The notes under the pieces: generated by a model
What the model was told of the DNA's origin: nothing
Database searches by the model: none
The model's input: the letters and a program-made list of their open reading frames with translations, nothing else
In this document: piece by piece, positions 15,781-23,250 of the stretch
Layout of the letters: the number at the start of each line of letters is the position of its first letter
Numbering within the stretch: position 1 is the stretch's first letter
Translations under genes and position numbers: made by a program
Assembly (NCBI GenBank): GCA_022711655.1
Contig: JAKLEM010000004.1
Location: forward strand, 8,182-72,181
Length of the DNA stretch: 64,000 nucleotides
Direction of reading: 5' to 3'
From: Candidatus Auribacterota bacterium
Lineage (GTDB): Bacteria; Auribacterota; Ancaeobacteria; Ancaeobacterales; Ancaeobacteraceae

Positions 15781-17985
15781 ATGATGACAAAAGACATCAA
15801 AAGCATCATGATCGTGAAGCTCAGTTCGATCGGGGACGTTGTCCACGCCCTTCCGATCGCCCGGGCCCTCCGGGACCGCTATCCGCACGCCCATATCACC
15901 TGGGTCGTCAAGCGGAGCTGTAAGGACGTCGTCGAGGGGAACCCCCATATCGACGAGGTGATGATATACGAGCGCGAGCGGTGGGGCGACCCGCGCAACC
16001 TCAGATCGACCGTGCAGGAGATCTGCGCTTTCGCCCGCGAGATACGTTCGCGCCATTTCGACGTGGTCGTTGACCTGCAGGGGCTTTTCTACACCGGCAT
16101 CATCACCTATTTCTCCGGCTGCAAATGGCGGATCGGCTTCAGGAACGCCCGCGAATTCGCCCACATCTTCTACAATCACCGGGTGGCGGTCCCGACGATG
16201 GACATGCACGCCATCGACCGCTATTTCCTGCTTGCCGATGCGGTCGATGCGCATGTGCGGAAGGCCGATTTTACCATCGCCGTGTCGCGGGAGGACAAGG
16301 AGTTCGTCTCCGCCTTCCTGCGTGACGCCGGCGTGTCCGGCGACGGGAAACCGCTTATCGCGATCAACCCGTCGGCGCGCTGGATAACCAAACAGTGGCA
16401 GATGGAGAAGTTCGCCGAGCTTTCAGACGCTCTGGCCCGGCATATGAACGCGACCATCATCCTGATCGGGAGCAACGCCGACCGCGAGCTCGTCGCGCGC
16501 CTTATCGAGAAGATGCACACCGTCCCGGTCAACGCGACGGGCAAGACCTCTCTGAAGCAGCTCGTCGAGCTTCTCGGCCGCGCCGACCTCCTGATCAGCA
16601 ACGATACCGGCCCGATGCATATCGCCTGCGCTGTCGGCACGCCGGTGCTCGGCCTCTTCGGGCCGACCGACCCCCGCCGCACCGGCCCGTTCGGGTTCGG
16701 CCACGCGGTGATCAGAAAGGACATCTTCTGCAGCCCCTGCTTTAAAAAGAGATGCCGGGACTTGATCTGCATGGACCTGCTGACGATCCAGGACGTGATC
16801 TACGCGATAAAGGTGAATCTGGAGAGCGGCAGCTTCGGGAAGGTCAATCTCTCGAAGGTCGGCCGCATTATGCGCAACCTCGACATCGCGGGCCTTCCCC
16901 CGGCGCCGGGGATCGACGTCCTGGTGTTGAGCGACGGCAAGCCCGGGCATGTCAACCAGTCTCTCGGGATGGTCAAGCACGTCGTCGGCCTGAAATACCG
17001 CGTTTCGCGCATCAAGTATAAATCGGAGCTGCACCGCGGCCTTGCGTGGATTGCCGGCGTGTGCGGCATGGGGAAGGTCGGCTTCCTCAGGTGGGCGCTG
17101 AAGCCGGAAAGTTACCGGTCGGTCATGGAGTCGGTGCCGAAAGTAGTCCTGTCGGCCGGCATCTCGGTGGCGGCCATTAACCTCATACTCGGCCGGATCT
17201 TCAAGGCGAAGACGGTGGTGAGCATGAAGCCGGGGCCGATCAGGCTGACCCGCTTCGATCTTGCGATCGTCCCGATGCACGACGAGCCGCCGAAGCTCAA
17301 GACGGTCATCCAGACGCTCGGCGCGCCGAACATCATAGACGACGAGCTCCTGAACGGCGAGCGGGACAAGCTGCTGAAAGATATCCGGTTCACCAAGAAA
17401 GTGAAGATCGGGATACTGATCGGCGGCGAGACGCCTGATTATTTCATTTCAAAAGAAACCATGAACCATCTGATCGAGAATATTAAGAATATGTCGGAAC
17501 GCCTGGACGCCGAAGTCCTCATCGCGACGTCGCGGCGGACGCCCAAACCGCTTGAACGGCTGCTTGTGCACAACTTTAAAAAGAACGAGCGCTGCAAGCT
17601 GTTGTCGATCGCGAGCCACACGAAGGATAACCCGATCCCCGGCATCCTTGGCTTGTGCACGATCATCGTGGTGACGGAGGAAAGCATTTCGATGGTGTCC
17701 GAGGCGGCCAGTTCCGGAAAGTATGTCTTTGTCGTCCGGATCGACCACAAGGATAACCGGCGCTTAAAGCAGGAGCGGACGATCGATATCCTCGCCCAGC
17801 GAGGTTACATCATCAAATCGGACATGTCGCAGTTGTGCGAAACGGTCGCGCAGTTCTGGCCGCCGAAAAGCCCGCCCCGTGTGCTGAACGACACCGAGAC
17901 CGCTTCGGAAGCGCTGATGAAGCTGCTTCGCACGGCGCAGGCGCAGAAAAAGGAGCTCGTGTGCGCCTGCTGCGTGAATGCGTGA
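15781..17985 (+). CDS. Fusion protein: N-terminal GT9 domain plus C-terminal ELM1-family (DUF1022-like) GT-B domain
   Basis: GT9 part: IMIVKLSSIGDVVHALPIARAL, NDTGPMHIACAVGTPVLGLFGPTDP, CSPCFKKRCRDLIC. From about nt 16900: VLVLSDGKPGHVNQSLGM, FDLAIVPMHD, IATSRRTP, VTEESISMVSEAASSGK, resembling the bacterial ELM1 family. Confidence 0.8.
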   Translation: MMTKDIKSIMIVKLSSIGDVVHALPIARALRDRYPHAHITWVVKRSCKDVVEGNPHIDEVMIYERERWGDPRNLRSTVQEICAFAREIRSRHFDVVVDLQGLFYTGIITYFSGCKWRIGFRNAREFAHIFYNHRVAVPTMDMHAIDRYFLLADAVDAHVRKADFTIAVSREDKEFVSAFLRDAGVSGDGKPLIAINPSARWITKQWQMEKFAELSDALARHMNATIILIGSNADRELVARLIEKMHTVPVNATGKTSLKQLVELLGRADLLISNDTGPMHIACAVGTPVLGLFGPTDPRRTGPFGFGHAVIRKDIFCSPCFKKRCRDLICMDLLTIQDVIYAIKVNLESGSFGKVNLSKVGRIMRNLDIAGLPPAPGIDVLVLSDGKPGHVNQSLGMVKHVVGLKYRVSRIKYKSELHRGLAWIAGVCGMGKVGFLRWALKPESYRSVMESVPKVVLSAGISVAAINLILGRIFKAKTVVSMKPGPIRLTRFDLAIVPMHDEPPKLKTVIQTLGAPNIIDDELLNGERDKLLKDIRFTKKVKIGILIGGETPDYFISKETMNHLIENIKNMSERLDAEVLIATSRRTPKPLERLLVHNFKKNERCKLLSIASHTKDNPIPGILGLCTIIVVTEESISMVSEAASSGKYVFVVRIDHKDNRRLKQERTIDILAQRGYIIKSDMSQLCETVAQFWPPKSPPRVLNDTETASEALMKLLRTAQAQKKELVCACCVNA

Positions 17986-18032
17986 GAGGCGCCGTTCCGA
18001 GTCGCTGCGAAAAGAAAGAACGAAAATAAGAC

Positions 18033-20120
18033 ATGAACATATTGCAGATGGTCCCTGAACTGGAGTGCGGCGGCGTCGAGACCGGCACGGTCGACATCGC
18101 GCTGAAGCTCAAAGAGTCCGGCAATAACTCATTTGTCGTGACCAGCGGCGGGTCGCTGGTCGCAAAACTGCGCGACGCGGGCGTCGGCTGCTACCTCCTG
18201 CCTGTCCACAAGAAATCGCTCCTGTCGATGGTCCGCTGTATCATGAAGGTCCGGCGCATCATCCTGCTGGAGCGCATCGAGGTCGTGCATGCGCGCAGCA
18301 GGGTTCCCGCCTGGATCGGCTGGTTTGCGGTAAAAGGGACGCCCGCCCATTTTGTCACCACGGCCCACGGGCACTACAAAACGCACTCGGCCAGCGCGGT
18401 CATGGGGTTCGGAGAGCGGGTGATCGTCCCGAGTTACGCGATACTCGATCACATGGAGAAGGGCTTTGGCGTGGAGAAGGAGCGGCTCCGCCTGATACCG
18501 CGCGGCGTCGACGTCAAGCGTTTTCGGCAGAAAGAGCCCGAGCTCTCGGGCCTTAAGGATTCGTTCAATATCGCGGTGATCGGGAGACTGACGCCGATCA
18601 AGGGGCACGTGTACGTGATCAGGGCGATGGAACAGGTCCTGCGCGAGTGCCCGCACGCCAAGCTGTTCATCGTCGGCGACGCGCACCCGTCGAAATTCCG
18701 CTACAAAGAAGAGCTGCTGAAACTGGTTGAGACGCTCGGCCTGAACGACAAGGTCGTCTTTACCGGGGCGTGCCACGACGTCCCCAAGATATTGGAGAGC
18801 GTCGATCTTGTCGTCCTTGCGACGACGGTCCCCGAGGCGTTCGGCCGGGTGATCATCGAGGCCCAGGCTTCCTGCATACCGGTGATCGGGACGCGCCTGG
18901 GCGGCGTTCTGGATATCATCGATGACGGCGTGACCGGCCTGCTCGTGGAGCCGAAAGATGTCCAGGGCCTGACCGCGGCGATCATCAGGATGATCAAGGA
19001 AGGGGCATTGCGGGAGCTTCTCGTCGACAACGCGTATAAGAAAGTCAGCACGGAGTATACCCTGCAGAAGATGTTCAGTGCGACGCTGCAGGTGTACGAG
19101 GAGGTCGTGCTGACAAAAAAGATACTGATCGTCAAGCTGAGCGCGTTGGGCGATATCGTCCTGATCAGTCCGTCGATACGCGCATTGAAGAACAAGTACC
19201 GTTACGCATCGCTGTCAGTCTTGACGTCAAGCCGTTATAAATCGCTGTTTGCCAATTGCCCTGACATCGACACCATCTTCACGTACGATAAGGAAAAGAA
19301 CGTCGGGGCGATCGTATCGGCGGTGCGCGGGATCCGGCGCGGGCGATACGATATCGCGATCGATTTCCAGAACACCATCAGGTCCCATCTGATCCTGTTC
19401 CTGAGCGGTATCAGGAAGACGGTCGGGTATAACAGGCACGGCGGGCATTTCCTGCTCAGCGACAGCATTACCGCCGACAGCAAGCCGATCGACCCCGTCA
19501 GCCATCAGTTCAAGCTGCTCAGCCTCCTTGGCATTACCCTGGAGGACCGCCGGATCGAGTTCTGGTCTAACGACGACGACGCTCGCATGATCGATAATTT
19601 CCTCAAACGTCACGGCGTTACGAACGGCGAGACCCTTGTCGCCGTCAGCCCGGGCGGAAGTCCCCGCTGGGAGACGAAACGCTGGCCCAAGGAGCGTTTC
19701 GTCGAGCTGATACGCGAGCTCGGGGAGAAGTACCGGGCGAAAATCGTGCTGGTCGGGGGAGAGGATAACGCGGACCTTAAGGAATATTTCGGGCAGCACG
19801 CCGGCGTCCCGTATGTCGATGCTATCGGAGAAACGTCGGTCACGCAGCTTGGCGCCCTGATACGGCGCTGCAGCCTGCTTATCACCGGGGACACCGCGCC
19901 GCTCCACATCGCGGCCGGCTGCGCCGTGCCATTTGTCGCGCTGTTCGGCCCCACCGACCCCCAGCGGCACCTGCCCTCCGGGACCGGCGTTGCGATCACC
20001 AAGAACGTGTCGTGCAGTCCCTGCGGCAAGAGCGTCTGCGAGGTGTTCCTGTGCATGGACAAGATCACCGTCTCCGACGTCCTCGGCCACGCGGACGCCT
20101 TCCTGAAAAAAACGGAGTAG
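18033..20120 (+). CDS. Fusion protein: N-terminal GT4 domain plus C-terminal GT9 domain
   Basis: GT4 part: MNILQMVPELECGGVETGTVD...EAFGRVIIEAQASCIPVIGTRLGGVLDII. From about nt 19120, the GT9 part: KILIVKLSALGDIVLISPSIRALK, GDTAPLHIAAGCAVPFVALFGPTDP, CSPCGKSVCEVFLC. Confidence 0.85.
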   Translation: MNILQMVPELECGGVETGTVDIALKLKESGNNSFVVTSGGSLVAKLRDAGVGCYLLPVHKKSLLSMVRCIMKVRRIILLERIEVVHARSRVPAWIGWFAVKGTPAHFVTTAHGHYKTHSASAVMGFGERVIVPSYAILDHMEKGFGVEKERLRLIPRGVDVKRFRQKEPELSGLKDSFNIAVIGRLTPIKGHVYVIRAMEQVLRECPHAKLFIVGDAHPSKFRYKEELLKLVETLGLNDKVVFTGACHDVPKILESVDLVVLATTVPEAFGRVIIEAQASCIPVIGTRLGGVLDIIDDGVTGLLVEPKDVQGLTAAIIRMIKEGALRELLVDNAYKKVSTEYTLQKMFSATLQVYEEVVLTKKILIVKLSALGDIVLISPSIRALKNKYRYASLSVLTSSRYKSLFANCPDIDTIFTYDKEKNVGAIVSAVRGIRRGRYDIAIDFQNTIRSHLILFLSGIRKTVGYNRHGGHFLLSDSITADSKPIDPVSHQFKLLSLLGITLEDRRIEFWSNDDDARMIDNFLKRHGVTNGETLVAVSPGGSPRWETKRWPKERFVELIRELGEKYRAKIVLVGGEDNADLKEYFGQHAGVPYVDAIGETSVTQLGALIRRCSLLITGDTAPLHIAAGCAVPFVALFGPTDPQRHLPSGTGVAITKNVSCSPCGKSVCEVFLCMDKITVSDVLGHADAFLKKTE

Positions 20121-20124
20121 CCGT

Positions 20125-21180
20125 ATGGATGCGCCGTCCAGGTCGATCGAACGTCCGGGCAGCATACTGATCGTATCGAAGAATTGGCTCGGAGACGCTG
20201 TCTGCGTGACGCCGGCGATACGGGCGATCAAAGAGGCATTCCCGTCGTCGCAGGTCAGCGTCCTGACGCATCCCCGTTGCGCGGATGTGTACCTGCACAA
20301 CCCGTTTGTCGATCATATCGTGCGCTTTCACGAGCGGCGTGGCGTTGCTGCTTTTTTCAGCCTGCTGCGCTTGTGGCTTCTGATGATCTCAGGACGGTAT
20401 GATACCGTTTTTCTTTTTCACCGGTCGCGGTCAAAGGCGCTTGTCGCGGCGCTCGCGGGTATCGGGAACAGGATCGGGTTTGACACCAAGGGCCGCGGCA
20501 TCTTCCTGACCGTGCGCGCGGCGCAGCCGGATGCCGGTGTGCACATGATCGACCACCATCTGCGGCTGCTGGAAGAGTGCGGTATCCCGGCGCGCGGGCG
20601 TGCACCCGTCTATGCTGTCGTTGACGAGGAAATGACGGCGGCGCGGCTGCTGCTGTCCGGGCTCGGTCTCGGGGACGGCGAACGATATATCGTCATCAAC
20701 CCTGGAGGAAACTGGGAACGGAAACGGTGGCCCTGCGAACGGTTCGCCGGCCTTGCCGACAGGCTGGCCGCGGCGCATCCGTGCCGTATCGTGATCACCG
20801 GGGGCGAGCAGGATAGAGCGACGGCGGGTGCGATCGCCGGCCTGATGCGGACGCAGCCGGTTATCGCCGCGGGCAGGACAGACCTCAGGACGCTCGGCGC
20901 GGTCCTGGCGGGCGCGGCGCTTTACATCGGGAACGATTCGGGGCCGACGCACATTGCGGCGGCGGTCGGTGTGCCCGTGATCGCGCTATTCGGCCCGACC
21001 GACCCTGCGCTCACCGGCCCGGCGGGGCGCGGCTCGATACGCGTCATCTCGCGGAGTGCGGGATGCCCCGTCCCGTGTTATAATGCCGGTTGCGTTGACT
21101 ACCGTTGCATTCGCGCGGTATCAGAGGAAGACGTTCTCGAAGCGGCGAGGAGAATCCTGCATGAATATGCCGGCGCATAG
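20125..21180 (+). CDS. Glycosyltransferase family 9, paralog 4
   Basis: SILIVSKNWLGDAVCVTPAIRAIKE; NDSGPTHIAAAVGVPVIALFGPTDP; CPVPCYNAGCVDYRC. Confidence 0.85.
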   Translation: MDAPSRSIERPGSILIVSKNWLGDAVCVTPAIRAIKEAFPSSQVSVLTHPRCADVYLHNPFVDHIVRFHERRGVAAFFSLLRLWLLMISGRYDTVFLFHRSRSKALVAALAGIGNRIGFDTKGRGIFLTVRAAQPDAGVHMIDHHLRLLEECGIPARGRAPVYAVVDEEMTAARLLLSGLGLGDGERYIVINPGGNWERKRWPCERFAGLADRLAAAHPCRIVITGGEQDRATAGAIAGLMRTQPVIAAGRTDLRTLGAVLAGAALYIGNDSGPTHIAAAVGVPVIALFGPTDPALTGPAGRGSIRVISRSAGCPVPCYNAGCVDYRCIRAVSEEDVLEAARRILHEYAGA

Positions 21181-22183
21181 CCGCGATCTCGGCAAGATCC
21201 TGTTTATCACGCTCAGCAATCTAGGGGACGCGGTCCTTACGACGCCCGTCCTGGAGGCGCTCCATCGCGAATTTCCTGCGGCAAAGTTCACCGTCATCGC
21301 CGGCCCGAAATGCGCGGACCTTTTCGAATCGGATCCGATCGTCGAAAAGATCATTGTCTATCAAAAAGATTATTCACTTTTCGACCTGAGCCGCTTTGCC
21401 AGGCGGCTTCGCCGAGAGCGGTTTGACGCGGTGGTCGATCTCAAGCATACCCTGTTCCCGTTCGTTATCGGTTCCCGGCGGTTGACGAAGCTTGTGCGCG
21501 GCACGAACAGGAACACGCATGCCGTCATCGATCATCTCTCGAAGCTGAACTGTGTCGGGCCGATCGATACGGCGCATGCCCGTTTTCGTATCGTCGTTTC
21601 CGAGCGGGCGTGGGAGTTCCAGCGTTCGGTCTGGAACGAGCATCGGGTCAGGGAAGGTGAATGCGTCATCGGCATCAACCCGCACGCCGCGAGTTCCCTC
21701 AAGATGTGGTACCCGTCGAACTTCATCGACTTTATGCGCGCCATCGGCAAGGAACGCCCTGTGCGGTTCGTCATCGTGGGAGGCCGGGACGCCATCGACA
21801 TAAATACGCTCGTCGCGGAAGGATATCCCGACGCGATCAACCTCACCGGCAGGACGACGATCCCGGAGCTCGCGTCGGTCGTCGGTGTCTGCAACCTGCT
21901 CGTAACCAACGACAGCGGACCGCTTCATTTCGCCAGCGCGTTCGGTGTCCCGACCGTCGCCATTTTCGGACCCTCGAATTCGAAGCGCTACGGACCGTTC
22001 GGAAACCCCCATATTATTCTGCAGAAAGATCTCTCGTGCGTCCCGTGCGAGGAGGCACAATGCCCGGCCGGCCAGCGGACCTGCATAGACCTGATCACGG
22101 TCGATGAGGTGCTTGCCGCGGCTCGGAAGCTCCTCCCGCCTTGCGCGGCGGGCGGCGGCGAAGAGCCGATCAACCTTGCGTGA
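21161..22183 (+). CDS. Glycosyltransferase family 9, paralog 5
   Basis: ATG 21161 overlaps the previous gene by 20 nt. KILFITLSNLGDAVLTTPVLEAL; NDSGPLHFASAFGVPTVAIFGPSN; CVPCEEAQCPAGQRTC. Confidence 0.85.
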   Translation: MNMPAHSRDLGKILFITLSNLGDAVLTTPVLEALHREFPAAKFTVIAGPKCADLFESDPIVEKIIVYQKDYSLFDLSRFARRLRRERFDAVVDLKHTLFPFVIGSRRLTKLVRGTNRNTHAVIDHLSKLNCVGPIDTAHARFRIVVSERAWEFQRSVWNEHRVREGECVIGINPHAASSLKMWYPSNFIDFMRAIGKERPVRFVIVGGRDAIDINTLVAEGYPDAINLTGRTTIPELASVVGVCNLLVTNDSGPLHFASAFGVPTVAIFGPSNSKRYGPFGNPHIILQKDLSCVPCEEAQCPAGQRTCIDLITVDEVLAAARKLLPPCAAGGGEEPINLA

Positions 22184-22209
22184 AAGCCAGTCCAACCTGA
22201 GGACCCCAG

Positions 22210-23250
22210 ATGAAACCGAAGATCCTGATCGTTCGTACAGACCGGATGGGCGACGTTCTGCTCAGCACGCCGGCGATACGGGCAGTGCGCCGCGCTGTTC
22301 CGAACGCGCACATCGCCGTGATGGTGAGGCCGTACACAGCCGATATCGTCAGGGACAACCCTGATATCGACGAGGTGATCGTGTATGATAAGGAAGCGCG
22401 CGAGAAAGGGATCTGGGGAAATTTCCGGTTCGCCGTCAGGCTTTTCCTTAAGCGGTTCGACACCGCGCTGATCCTGCACTCGAGCAACCGTTCGGTTCTG
22501 ATACCGTTCCTTGCCGGCATCCGCCTGCGGGCGGGATACGCGCGGCGTCTAGGGTTCCTTCTCTCCCACCCGCTGCCCCCGCTCAAGAACAAAGGCGACA
22601 GGCACGAGATCGTCTACTCGCTGGATGTCCTCGAGAAAGCCGGGTTCCCTGTCGGCGATACCCCGCTCAGGCCGGTTTTTAATGTGAACGCGCGCGACAG
22701 GGAAACGGCTAAACGTCTCTTGGAAAAAAAGGGGGTAAGGCCCGACGATACGATTGTCTGCATCCACGCCGGCGCGAGTTGCCCGTCGAGGTGGTGGCCG
22801 CTGTCGCGGTTCCGCGATGTCGCGCGGCATTTTATCAGAGAAAAAAGGTGCGTTGCGGTCGTAATAGGGGGGAACGCCGAGGTTGAAAGGATGGAAGAGC
22901 TTGCCTGCGGTCTCGGTCCGAAACTGCTCAACTTTACCGGAATGCTGACGATCGGCGAGACGGCCGCCGTGATCGAGCGCAGCGCCGTCCTCATTTCCAA
23001 CGATTCCGGCCCCGTCCATCTCGCGAGCGCCGTCGGGACGCCGGTGGTCGCGATCTTCGGCCGTAAAGACCCCGGGCTTGGCCCGAAGGTGTGGGGGCCG
23101 CTGGGAGCGCACGATATCGTTTTGCAAAAAGATGCGGGATGCGTCACCTGCCTTGCGCACCGGTGCGTCGAAGGCTTCAAATGCCTTCACGCCCTTGGGA
23201 CGCAGGACGTGCTGAAGGCGGCGGACGCCATCGTCTTTCGGAAACCATGA
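22210..23250 (+). CDS. Glycosyltransferase family 9, paralog 6
   Basis: KILIVRTDRMGDVLLSTPAIRAV; NDSGPVHLASAVGTPVVAIFG; CVTCLAHRCVEGFKC. Confidence 0.85.
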   Translation: MKPKILIVRTDRMGDVLLSTPAIRAVRRAVPNAHIAVMVRPYTADIVRDNPDIDEVIVYDKEAREKGIWGNFRFAVRLFLKRFDTALILHSSNRSVLIPFLAGIRLRAGYARRLGFLLSHPLPPLKNKGDRHEIVYSLDVLEKAGFPVGDTPLRPVFNVNARDRETAKRLLEKKGVRPDDTIVCIHAGASCPSRWWPLSRFRDVARHFIREKRCVAVVIGGNAEVERMEELACGLGPKLLNFTGMLTIGETAAVIERSAVLISNDSGPVHLASAVGTPVVAIFGRKDPGLGPKVWGPLGAHDIVLQKDAGCVTCLAHRCVEGFKCLHALGTQDVLKAADAIVFRKP

